A stretch of DNA of 64,000 nt from Eledone cirrhosa (Eukaryota), in the NCBI GenBank assembly GCA_964016885.1, contig OZ024751.1, forward strand, positions 40,734,001 to 40,798,000, given 5' to 3'. The notes below the pieces were generated by a model that worked only from the letters and a program-made list of their open reading frames with translations, was not told the DNA's origin and ran no database searches. Each line of letters begins with the position of its first letter. Positions within the stretch are counted from its first letter, which is position 1. Of this stretch, positions 1 to 11,318 are shown in pieces. A program made the position numbers and the translations under genes.

Positions 1-184
1 ACACACATTTATACATACATATACACATACATAAATATGATATCTAAGACAAAAAGTTAAAGTGCTATTGTAATTACAACTATATATATATATATATATA
101 TATTGTTATACTTTGGGAGGGTCATGTTGCCAATAAGAAACACACGCACCAGATAAAGAATCTTGCTAAACAAATTCAGAAACG

Positions 185-231
<47 letters not shown>

Positions 232-271
232 AAGTCTTTCCGTAGAAATATTATATTACAGAGTTATTTAA

Positions 272-466
272 TTATATAATAAACAACGCAATATAATTAA
301 TCCATTACGCAAGGTTTCACGAAGTGAGACGATTCTAACAGAAGCATCTATTTCGTTCATCACCAATATTTCACCTGACGAACGAAATAGACGTTTCTGT
401 TAGAATCGTCTAACTTCGTGAAACCTTGAGTAATGGAAAAATTATATTGCGTTGTTTATTATATAA
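272..466. repeat. Imperfect fold-back (inverted repeat, ~90-bp arms) with HHR-like core, between (TA)n tracts
   Basis: Arms aataaacaacgcaatataatt...gttcatca and tgacgaac...aattatattgcgttgtttatt are reverse complements with a few mismatches; contains CTGACGA-acgaa...ttcgt-GAAA. Confidence 0.8.
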
Positions 467-531
467 CATATATATATATATATATATGATCGGCGTTCAA
501 CTAACTTTGAAGTAATTTAATATATGATAAA

Positions 532-1105
532 TTACATCAAGAGTACACGTGTCTGTGGAATGCTCAGTCACCTACACGTTATTTTCGCGAGTTGGATGTT
601 CCATTGATTGAACAACCTACATCACACATCGTCGAAAGCGACGGAGGTCCATTCCAATTTGTTTGCTGGATGAATTTTCATTTTTATATAAAGAGAATTA
701 ACGATGAAAGCTTAGCGAACATGTACATCAAGAGTACACGTGTCTGTGGAATGCTCAGTCACCTACACGTTATTTTCGCGAGTTGGATGTTCCATTGATT
801 GAACAACCTACATCACACATCGTCGAAAGCGACGGAGGTCCATTCCAATTTGTTTGCTGGATGAATTTTCATTTTTATATAAAGAGAATTAACGATGAAA
901 GCTTAGCGAACATGTACATCAAGAGTACACGTGTCTGTGGAATGCTCAGTCACCTACACGTTATTTTCGCGAGTTGGATGTTCCATTGATTGAACAACCT
1001 ACATCACACATCGTCGAAAGCGACGGAGGTCCATTCCAATTTGTTTGCTGGATGAATTTTCATTTTTATATAAAGAGAATTAACGATGAAAGCTTAGCGA
1101 ACATG
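532..1105 (+). repeat. Tandem triplication of a 191-bp unit
   Basis: Three essentially identical copies (ORF track repeats at 592, 783, 974, spacing 191); a degenerate related sequence lies at ~46145-46225. Confidence 0.95.
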
Positions 1106-1175
1106 GTCGGAAAAATATTCCTGAAAAAAGATGATACCTTTTCCTCACCCCACCACCAGAAAGCAATATACGTAC

Positions 1176-1493
1176 CTTTATTATAACAATGAACGGTGGC
1201 ATCATGACTAGATCCACAACCAAGTTCTGTGCTAGTATTCCATCCAGTATTAGTACATTGAAATATCGTTGGCTCGAAACCAAGACATCTCATATGTGTC
1301 ATAAAAATTGTATTCGTAGATTTTTTGTTTAGCAGTCGCTGGAAACTCCCACCTATATAACCTAATTGTTTACATATAATATCCACATCACCGTAATCCC
1401 AGGCTTCTACACATAAAGAGCCGCGTTGTCCGTCGTATACAATCTCTACGGCGCCATCATTTTTATCTCCTCCGACTAAATGTAGAGTTAAAT
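1176..1493 (-). CDS. SRCR gene exon 6: SRCR domain 4 (gene continues beyond window start)
   Basis: Acceptor ttacag; LTLHLVGGDKNDGAVEIVYDGQRGSLCVEAWDYGDVDIICKQLGY...MRCLGFEPTIFQC...SHDATVHCYNK; donor GTACGT; 318 nt, phase 1-1; no stop within the exon. Confidence 0.92.
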
Positions 1494-1574
1494 CTGTAAA
1501 TAAAAACAAGAAGTTTAATAAGGATTTTCAAATTAGGAAAAAAGGTAAAAATTTACACCAATCTCAGTATATGA

Positions 1575-1713
1575 CTGGTATTTTATTTTATCAACCCCAG
1601 AAGGATGAAAGGCAAAGCTGACCTCGGTAGGATTTGAATTCAACATGTAAAAGACTGTAACTAAATACTTGCAAAGTATTCTGTTCGGCGCTCTACCGAT
1701 TCCGCCCCCAGCC
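1575..1713 (-). mobile_element. tRNA-derived SINE, family A
   Basis: Reverse complement of the family-A consensus seen at 28127-28318 (B-box-like GAATTCAAATCC, core ctttgcctttcatcc). Confidence 0.8.
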
Positions 1714-2224
1714 AACCAAGTTCATAATGCTAGTCAATGAATTGTAATGGGGAGAGAGAGTTTTTTGGTCAACAACCATAGAATGTTTTCGAAATAAATA
1801 GATAAACTCAAGGGCGGTGCTCCAGCATGGCCTCAGCCGGATGGCTGGAACAGGTAAAAGAGTAAACAAATAAATAAATGAGGAAATAGAAGAAACCCAG
1901 CTAAAACATAGAAAATATAAATTTAATCATTAAAATTCTCAAGAAATGTTGGAAGAGCGGAAACATTTTAAGGAGCTTTAATATTAGAATAACAGCGTGT
2001 ATACATGCCCCATACTCTCTCTCACACACACACACACACATATATACTTACATACGTGTACACACACACACACACACACCGCATATACATATATACGTAT
2101 ACATACACATGTACATACATACGTACACACACATATATATGAATGACCATGAAGACATAGTGTTATATTTACACATTTTAATTAATCCAGTCGATAAATT
2201 GCTGTTATGCACATTTCCGTAACG

Positions 2225-2273
<49 letters not shown>

Positions 2274-2291
2274 CTCTCTCTGTGTTTCCAA

Positions 2292-2350
<59 letters not shown>

Positions 2351-2648
2351 TAAATTACAGCGTAAACGATTTATTTTAGGTGTTTAAAAGCATTTGACTT
2401 TATATTTATCATTTCTTTCTTGGTATCAAAATTTCCGGCGAACTTTGTGAAGAAATAAAAGATAAACACAAATAATGTTCTGGAATGACTCTTTCACGAT
2501 GTAATTACTTTAGTTTCAACACCTGGTCTCAGATCAAGTCACTTGCCAGACAGGTACAACTCTGGCTAAAATGACTATTTCACAGTGTAATTGCTTTAAT
2601 TTTAACAGATAATTTCAGATAAAGTCACTTGCCAGACAAGTACAACAC

Positions 2649-2721
<73 letters not shown>

Positions 2722-2730
2722 CGTATGCAG

Positions 2731-2773
<43 letters not shown>

Positions 2774-2868
2774 GTGAAAACACTAGAAACAAAATACAAC
2801 ATAAAAACCATCATCCTTGTAAACCCCCCCACAAAAAAAAAAAATGAAAATCAAACTCTTTAACTTAC

Positions 2869-3177
2869 TATCCTGGTAGCACAAGACGTAGGTAGGTGTA
2901 CAACTGGCAAGTGAAGCAGGCTGTCCCCATTTCTCTATCACACAGTCAATCAAACTGGTTTCATTGCCCCGGCACGATAATGATTTTAACCAATAAGGTA
3001 TGTGGCCTTCTTTTACAGAGCCGTATTGAACTCCACTCCGAAAACCTGTTGACCTACATGCAACTTGAGCTTCCTTTTCCGTGATATGTTCTCTACATAT
3101 TTGACCCCAGATTCCTAAATGACGAACCTCCACGCGGCCCCAGTTGAAGTCGCCGCCTCTCAATCGGAACGCAAAAG
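2869..3177 (-). CDS. SRCR gene exon 5: SRCR domain 3
   Basis: Acceptor ttttag; FAFRLRGGDFNWGRVEVRHLGIWGQIC...AQVACRSTGF...LSCRGNETSLIDC...YVLCYQD; donor GTAAGT; 309 nt, phase 1-1. Confidence 0.93.
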
Positions 3178-3424
3178 CTAAAAATAAAAATTAGATAAAA
3201 AAAGAAAGAAGAATTAAATAAAAAAAATGGTTTAATATTTAATAAATTTAAATATAAGCAAAGATATGGTTGGTTGCTTAAGACATTTGTTTCACAACGA
3301 CATCGTTTAAGGTTCAGTACGACTGTGTGGCACTTTGGGCATGTACCTTCTGTAATAGCCTCGAGTTGACCAATGCCTTGTTAGAGTGAAATTTGGGAGA
3401 CGGAAGCTGCAGCACCTGGAAGAA

Positions 3425-3542
3425 GAAGCAACCCAAGATAAAGTGTCTTATTCAAGGACATAACGCATCGCCCGGCCCGAGAATTGAACTCACAATCTCA
3501 CGATTGTGAAACCAACTCTTTAACCACTAAACCACTCACCTT
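3425..3542 (-). mobile_element. tRNA-derived SINE, family B (5' part)
   Basis: Reverse complement reads gtggtttagtggttaaagag...gtgagttcaattctcgggccgggcg; similar to 26191, 25130-25372 and 35041. Confidence 0.7.
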
Positions 3543-4226
3543 TATTAATATGGCTATTATAATATAGATAAAGTTTAAAAAGCAAATCAATACATTCAAA
3601 GATTTAACATTCCCTATAACTAGAAATCTGAAAATATTTGATTCCTTTAAAAATATGTAAATTTTGAACATAGTAAAATACTACACCTACCGAAAATTGA
3701 ACGAAGGCAATAACCACACAATCATAAAACATCTTTAACTGATAATTTAAGAATATCGAACCTAATGTCTTAACAAAGTCCTAGGATTGCAGCACTGCAA
3801 TAGCAAGAAGAGAAAACCCCGATGTACACAAAACAAACAAACAACACATTTAAGAATAGAATTATTCACGATATTTCTGTACACAGTATGAATGATCACA
3901 AGGGATTTCCACTCCCTGATAAGCAAATACATATCCACAACAGACAACTACAACAAGATCCTTAATAAAAACAACGTAAATACTGTTGTTAGGCCAGTTT
4001 AGTCGATACAATCTTTCAAATATCCCACCATAGATAAAACCTCACACATAATTTGCTACTCTAACCGTCTGAATAAAACTGCAGATATGCACTAATTGCC
4101 TATTGAAGTTATTTGTATACGAAGCTACAGGAATAATAACAGATGGTACCGAACTGGCATATATAGGACTAAGAAAGTTCTTCAAATTCGGTACACAGCA
4201 CTTATATTGCTCTAAATCGAGATTAC

Positions 4227-4275
<49 letters not shown>

Positions 4276-4319
4276 AAAATGTTTGACCCCGACGGCAGAG
4301 CTCAAGCCGTTTCGACAGC

Positions 4320-4413
<94 letters not shown>

Positions 4414-4545
4414 ATATCTATATATATATGTATATATATATGTATGAATATATATATATATATATATATATAATGTAGGAGTTGTATTTTATTTGTTGGA
4501 AGTCCGACAAACATGGGTACGTCTCTATTTATAAAACAAACTTTG

Positions 4546-4610
4546 TATTTTATCTGATGAAAGCGCACCAAAGGTGTCTTGGTTGCCCTTGAAATATATA
4601 TAATAAAATA
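4546..4610 (+). ncRNA. Minimal type I hammerhead ribozyme, dispersed family B
   Basis: Stem I tattttat/ataaaata, core CTGATGA, stem II aagcgcaccaa...ttggttgccctt, GAAA, palindromic stem III A-tatata-T, cleavage after UA. Confidence 0.75.
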
Positions 4611-4652
4611 AATATGGTTTTATAAATATAGTTTCCATTTATTTAATATCAT

Positions 4653-4716
<64 letters not shown>

Positions 4717-5292
4717 AAAGGGATCAATAACTTTTCATGAAGAGCTTCACTTTAGCAATAAAGAATCAATATGATTTTCTAATATATAGGTGGATGGGAG
4801 GGGGGTTACACTTATTCTGTCTATGTAGCTACTGTAGAGAACGAAGTAGAACCAAAACGCATAATATACGTTATATACATTAGACATGATGACGGTATAC
4901 TTGTAATAGATACACCGGAAGACATCGAGAAATTGAAGGAAAACATAGAAAACAACTACGTGCTCAAACTTAACTTTCAGAACAATACAAATACAATTCC
5001 ATCTCTAGATATAAACATCCAGACTGAAAACGAAAACAAAACAAACAGCTACAAAATGTCAGCTCTGTGTATACCAAAGTCAGAAATACATATGAATACT
5101 TAAATAGTTACACGGAGACGGCAAATGTCGAAATAGCTACAAAATGTCAGTGGTAAAATCCCTACATAGAGGAGGTTAAGATTCTCTTCCACAAACGAAG
5201 CACTGGATAAAGAAATCTATACAATATAACAGACACTAATTAACAAAGGACATTCTAACAGACCAGGCTACAGATGAATAGAAACACAAATG

Positions 5293-5566
5293 TAATGGTT
5301 TCTGATTTAGGCACAAGGCCAACAATTTAAGGGAGAGGGAAAGTCGATTAAATCGACCTCAGTACGTTACTGGTGGTATTTCATTTTATAGACTAATAAT
5401 TATTTCTAGTTTTGGCACAAGGCCAGCAATTATCCCAGTACATTACTGGTACTTTATTTTATCGACCCCGTAAGGATGAAAGGCAAAGTTAACCTCGGCG
5501 GCATTTGAACTCAGAAGGCAAAACGCCGTTGTTCGGCGCTCTACCGATACTTCCAACCCACCGCTC
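5293..5566 (-). mobile_element. SINE family A (one partial plus one near-complete copy)
   Basis: ggcacaaggcca...tactggtactttattttatcgaccccgtaaggatgaaaggcaaagttaacctcggcgg..tttgaactcag. Confidence 0.85.
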
Positions 5567-5680
5567 TCAATTATACACAAATATAGACACGGCTATAATA
5601 CAACGAATATATCAGGCCTAACATCTATAAACATTCACAAATCATTCTTCATAAAACGGAACACAATGCATCACAAATAA

Positions 5681-6678
5681 CTATAATATACTATAGAATA
5701 TACTGTAGAATATACTATAGAATATACTGTAGAATATACTATAGACTATACTGTAGAATATACTATAGAATATACTATAGAATATACTATAGAATATACT
5801 GTAGAATATACTATAGAATATACTATAGACTATACTGTAGAATATACTATAGAATATACTATAGAATATACTATAGAATATACTGTAGAATATACTATAG
5901 AATATACTATAGAATATACTATAGAATATACTATAGAATATACTATAGAATATACTGTAGAATATACTATAGAATATACTATAGAATATACTGTAGAATA
6001 TACTATAGAATATACTATAGAATATACTATAGAATATACTATAGAATATACTGTAGAATATACTATAGAATATACTGTAGAATATACTATAGAATATACT
6101 ATAGAATATACTATAGAATATACTGTAGAATATACTATAGAATATACTATAGAATATACTGTAGAATATACTATAGAATATACTATAGAATATACTATAG
6201 AATATACTATAGAATATACTATAGAATATACTGTAGAATATACTATAGAATATACTATAGACTATACTGTAGAATATACTATAGAATATACTATAGAATA
6301 TACTATAGAATATACTGTAGAATATACTGTAGAATATACTATAGAATATACTATAGAATATACTATAGAATATACTGTAGAATATACTATAGAATATACT
6401 ATAGAATATACTGTAGAATATACTATAGAATATACTGTAGAATATACTATAGAATATACTATAGAATATACTATAGAATATACTATAGAATATACTATAG
6501 AATATACTGTAGAATATACTATAGAATATACTATAAAATATACTGTAGAATATACTATAGAATATACTGTAGAATATACTATAGAATATACTATAAAATA
6601 TACTGTAGAATATACTATAGAATATACTGTAGAATATACTATAGAATATACTATAAAATATACTATAGAATATACTAT
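5681..6678. repeat. 12-bp minisatellite (tatactatagaa / tatactgtagaa), ~83 units
   Basis: Directly visible; produces the spurious FYSI ORF. Confidence 0.97.
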
Positions 6679-6947
6679 TGGATTGTAAAAGGGAATGTTG
6701 TAAACTTCGTGACTCCAACTGTTACATTGGACATAAAACTACAACTCCTCCCTCTCATAGACTCACTATGCATTTCCAACAAGGGGCATGAAAATATTAG
6801 TAGATAACACAGTCATACTATAAAGAATGCCCACAAAATAGATGACTAATTATGGAAGCATTGCACATGACAGAACACAATGCTGAAATAAAAACATAGA
6901 CAATACATTCAAGTCATAAACAAAATATACACCGGATAGATGACATA

Positions 6948-7834
6948 CGAGGTGTGTCAGAAAGGTTCCAGGACTGATGTCACAAAAGATTTATTTCAAA
7001 CCCAAACTTCACACTAACAGTTTTCTCCTTCAAAGTAATCCCCCTGGAGTATGTAACTGTAATCTTAGCTCTCTGCAGCGATCAAACTTTTTTCTTCATA
7101 ATTTTATATACATGTCCTCTGTTTCAGGTCGTCAAGCAATGAGCACAGAGCAACGAACAAACTTGAAGTTTCTGGTACGGTTGGGGAAAACTCCGTCAGT
7201 AGCACTGGGATTGCTGCAGCAAGTGTATGGAGATGAACAAGAGGTTTAAAGAAGGACGCGAGGACGTGGAAGATGACCCCAGGAGCGGAAGGCCCTCAAC
7301 AACCAGGACTGAGGTCAACGTTGAGCGTGTCAGGCAGATGGTGCATAGCGATCGTCGGCTGACTGTTCGACTGATGGCAAATGAGCTGGGCATGAATCGG
7401 GACAGCGTCTGGAAGATTCTCACTGAAGATTTGGACACGGGGAAAGTCTGCGCGAAGATGGTGCCAAAACTGATGAAAGATGACCAGAAGGGTCAACGCA
7501 TGCAAGTGTGCCAGGACATCCTTGAGCGTCTTGAAACCGAACCAGACTTGCTAGGGACAGTCAACACCGGTGATGAGTCATGGATCTTCGAGTACGACCC
7601 GGAGGGGACCCGTTTTGAAGGCGTGGACGACATCAAAAAGGCCGTGACGACGGAACTGCGGAGGATCCCGGAAGAATCCTTCCAGGAGTGCATGCAAGTG
7701 TGGCAGAAAAGGATGGAAAAAGTGCATTAGACTCTAGGGGGATTACTTTGAAGGAGAAAACTTTTAGTGTGAAGTTTGGGTTTGAAATAAATCTTTTGTG
7801 ACATCAGTCCTGGAACTTTTCGTGACACACCTCG
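6948..7834 (+). mobile_element. Internally deleted mariner (Tc1/mariner) transposon with ~103-bp TIRs and TA target duplication
   Basis: TA at 6946-47 and 7835-36; TIRs 6948-7050 and 7731-7834 nearly identical; transposase remnants EQRTNLKFLVRLGKTP.., RFKEGREDVEDDPRSGRP, KVCAKMVPKL, TGDESWIFEYDPE fused directly to GTRFEGVDDIK; rest of the catalytic core deleted. Confidence 0.95.
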
Positions 7835-8214
7835 TAAATATACCGGTTAAACTTTAGAGCGGTAAAATTGAGACAAATCACATCCAACTATTATAAAAGA
7901 GGCAATAAAGAAGCCAACAACGCTCCCTGAAGATGAGACTGTGAAAGTCTAGAAATCTTAATGAAGGATTTAAGAACTTCATTGTTTCAATGCACTATAA
8001 GAGACACGAAAATATTAAGAAAATATTTAATAAAACTAAATAAACTCCAGCATATTCGTGTTTTAATACATGTCTAATAGAAAAGATGTTCCCTAAATAT
8101 ACGAATACACGTGTGTATGTATGCATAAACGTATAAATCACAAGGAAGGGAGAGAACTCCAATAATATTAGCTTACCTAATATTTTGGAAAATAAACACT
8201 GCAATTACGAGTGG

Positions 8215-8284
<70 letters not shown>

Positions 8285-8346
8285 AATATTCATATATATA
8301 CATATATTTCGCGAATACGTATGAAACTTCAACAACGGTAACTTAC

Positions 8347-8676
8347 TATTATCAATCTCCTTTGCTGTAGTGTTGTAGCAGATGACAGAAGCGGCACTAC
8401 TGTAACAACTGCCCCAAAGCCTTCTCGTGTATTTGCAATCTTGAAGCATTTTTTCGTTACCAGTACAGTTGAAATAGTCCACAGTTGAAACTGCATGGGA
8501 ATCTGTGTTACCAAGTGCAGAACAACACATAGCCTTGCCATCAACAAACCCAAGTTGATTACAAGTCACGCGAGCATCATCATCGTCCCACATTGAATCA
8601 CAGACCATAAACCATTCTTCGTGAAGCCTCATCATTACGATTCCAGCATTAATTCCGCTGCGAGATTCCAAGCGTA
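8347..8676 (-). CDS. SRCR gene exon 4: SRCR domain 2
   Basis: Acceptor ttgcag; VRLESRSGINAGIVMMRLHEEWFMVCDSMWDDDDARVTCNQLGF...MCCSALG...FNCTGNEKMLQDC...SAASVICYN; donor GTAAGT; 330 nt, phase 1-1. Confidence 0.93.
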
Positions 8677-8726
8677 CTGCAATAAACATAAGAAGGGGAA
8701 AATACATTGGGAAGATATTTTTCAAC

Positions 8727-8910
8727 AAATTTATCGAACTCATACCTTTCCACAAGTACATACTAAATTTATCGAACTCACACATTTCCGCAGATAACAC
8801 GCAACTCTAGAAACACATATTCCTATGCAAAACTTTCTGAAAGCACACACTCATAATTTATCAAACTCACACATTTCCGCAGATAACACGCAGCTCTAGA
8901 AACATACATA
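8727..8910. repeat. Short degenerate tandem duplication upstream of the exon-4 acceptor
   Basis: aatttatcgaactca x3; cacatttccgcagataacacgca.ctctagaaaca x2. Confidence 0.75.
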
Positions 8911-9120
8911 AATTCTCTCTCTCTCTCACACACATACACTTCTCGGGGTTCCCCCAGTTCACAGATCTAACCCGTGGATCTAAAGACTGCGAAGAGAACT
9001 ATATAAACATTCGAGCATGCTGCGCTCACAAATAAGAGACACTCAGAACTGAATCACGTTTCTCTCATTCTAAAGATGTATTACACCATTAAAGACAAAA
9101 GACTAATCAACTATAATAAC

Positions 9121-9286
9121 CTGTCGAGTTGAAACATTGGACTGATGCATCTTCATTATGATTGCAATTATGGTTCATCCAGCCATTGTGGGGACAATTG
9201 AAGAAATGGCTCTCCTGGCCAGAACAGAGCACATTATCAAGTAATATTGGACCAGTACCTTCTCCGTAAGCAGCATCTCGTAGACC
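9121..9286 (-). CDS. SRCR gene exon 3: C-terminal half of SRCR domain 1 (absent from the ORF track)
   Basis: Hand translation after acceptor ctacag: [55 protein letters not shown]+G; donor GTTATT; phase 0 to 1, matching both neighbours. Confidence 0.93.
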
Positions 9287-9631
9287 CTGTAGACGAATTA
9301 ATGAATATATATATTATTTTTGAATTTTATATTTATTTCTTATGAAGATCCATGCGTTATGTTTTAATATGGATAAACAAAGTGGATTGAGACGATCATT
9401 AGAACACAAATGTCTTGCGGTATTTGTTTTAGTTCTTTGCACCAAGATCAACCCTTTTCCTCCTGGTGTTGATAAAACAAACTATTAGTCATAGACTCAG
9501 ATAGATTTATTTTTATCTCTTTCTCCTAATTTTAGAATTGACTGATCCCTGCTCGACTAGAAGGCACCATTACACTATTATATATAAGAGAGTATTGAAG
9601 TTTGCTTGAAGCATTGTGGAACAATAAGTAA

Positions 9632-10050
9632 ATATCTTTAAGTCGTTTGGAAGCCTCGACAATGCAAATGGGTAAATCTCCGGATAACACGGTCCGGTGG
9701 TGGAGAGAGAGAGATGTAAGTGGGTGTACGTTGAGATGCGTGGTGTGTATAAGATGTGTGAGATGTGTAGAATGAAGGGGAGAGTATCAAGGATAAAAAT
9801 AAAAATAACAACACAAGAGAGAGTTACCTTGGGAGAGATTTAATTTTTAAATCTCTCCCAAGGTAACTCTCTCTTGTGTTGTTATTTTTATTTTTATCCT
9901 TGATACTCTCCCCTTCATTCTACACATCTCACACATCTTATACACACCACGCATCTCAACGTACACCCACTTACATCTCTCTCTCCACCACCGGACCGTG
10001 TTATCCGGAGATTTACCCATTTGCATTGTCGAGGCTTCCAAACGACTTAA

Positions 10051-10055
<5 letters not shown>
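9632..10055. repeat. Near-perfect palindrome, ~210-bp arms, in (TA)n
   Basis: atatctttaagtcgtttggaagcctcgac...gggagagatttaa/ttaaatctctccc...gtcgaggcttccaaacgacttaaagatat; arms differ by about one GA unit. Confidence 0.95.
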
Positions 10056-10104
<49 letters not shown>

Positions 10105-10107
<3 letters not shown>

Positions 10108-10530
10108 TGATCCCCTCTGGCTTCTCAACATTCTCTACCAGATATTTTGTTTTAGTCTCATTCATTCTCAGCCCCACACTCATCGACACAGTCTCAACCT
10201 CCTGCATCAAATCATCTGCCTCCTTCACTGTATTTGTCACCAAAACTATGTCGTCGGCAAATTCAGCATCCGATACCTTTTTCGCCTTAACTCTCCTGCT
10301 CTGAGCCGGTGCTACAGTAAAGCCAGAGTCCTGGTGTTTCTCCAGTGCAAGGTGCATACAATAGTCCACTACATGGACACACTGGAAGAGGAAGACCAAG
10401 GTTAACGTATGTTGATGCCCTAAGGACAGACACTGGTCTGTTGGAGACGCAGGACATGGCAGTGATAATGAGGGACAGAGACCGCTGGAGAGAACTCGTC
10501 CATGGATCTCGGGAATTTTACCCGCCCTAG
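10105..10530. mobile_element. RTE-clade LINE fragment with 5' inversion
   Basis: Minus 10105-10345 encodes RT motif SDAEFADDIVLV...VGLRMNETKTKYL; plus ~10360-10530 encodes an RTE-type C-terminus GRGRPRLTYVDALRTDTGL...MRDRDRWRELV ending TAG directly on (TA)n. Confidence 0.85.
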
Positions 10531-10666
10531 ATATATATATATATATATATATACATATATATGTATAATAGAAAAAACGAGGAAGTACCAACACCAGTAT
10601 TTCACCGTACTACCTACACTATATATATATATATATATATATTAATTCAAAATATTAACAAAAATA

Positions 10667-10698
<32 letters not shown>

Positions 10699-10859
10699 CT
10701 GGTATTTATCTATTTAAGGTAGGACCAATGATGTTATTAGAAATCCATGTAACATACATATAAAATAACCAACGAAATGAGATGAAGAATGTTTTGTTTT
10801 GTGGAAGGATGACATCATATTAGATTTTGTTTAACATTCAAAAGAACTACAGAATTATA

Positions 10860-10934
<75 letters not shown>

Positions 10935-10951
10935 GTATATATATATACACG

Positions 10952-10985
<34 letters not shown>

Positions 10986-11073
10986 TACGTATATATATAT
11001 ATGTATGTATATATATGTATATATATATACACGTATATATATGTATATATATATATATATACGTATATATATG

Positions 11074-11108
<35 letters not shown>

Positions 11109-11274
11109 GTATATATATATATATATGTATATATATATAAATGTAATCTGAGTTTTTTGAATATTAATAATAATATTCGATTTGTTTGCAATTATGCAAA
11201 CAAGCCTCATTTTTAAAGCCATGTCATTAGAATGAGCCCCTCATTCTTGCTCTTATGTTGGCATGTAAACAGAA

Positions 11275-11318
11275 CTGCAGGCACTAATGTTTCTGGGTGT
11301 CACCCTTCATCAGTACAG
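11275..11318 (-). ncRNA. Degenerate type I hammerhead motif
   Basis: Minus strand: ctgta-CTGATGA-agggtgacaccca-GAAA-cattagtg-cc-tgcag; stems I-III pair but U16.1 appears mutated to C. Confidence 0.5.

Larger units (their letters stand above)
4780..7970 (+). mobile_element. Decayed Penelope-like retroelement (RT + GIY-YIG), interrupted by SINEs, a 12-bp minisatellite and a mariner
   Basis: Broken RT-like translation GVTL..YVATVENEV, degraded YIDD-like motif, IDTPEDIEKLKENIENNYVLKLNF..TIPSLDINI (4.8-5.0 kb); GIY-YIG-like CYIGHKTTTPPSHRLTMHFQQG and LIMEALHM..N (6.71-6.89 kb); HHR-like CTGAAGA..GAAA at 7927-7955. Confidence 0.7.

Noticed and set aside
592-1186. Three identical 68-70 aa ORFs resembling a tandem peptide gene family
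   Set aside because: TTG starts, antisense to the host intron, explained by the 191-bp triplication.
5681-6718. 345-aa FYSI-repeat ORF
   Set aside because: Product of a 12-bp minisatellite inside a dead retroelement.
7227-7730. 167-aa ORF as a functional transposase or SETMAR-like gene
   Set aside because: Frameshifted N-terminus and deleted catalytic core between intact TIRs.
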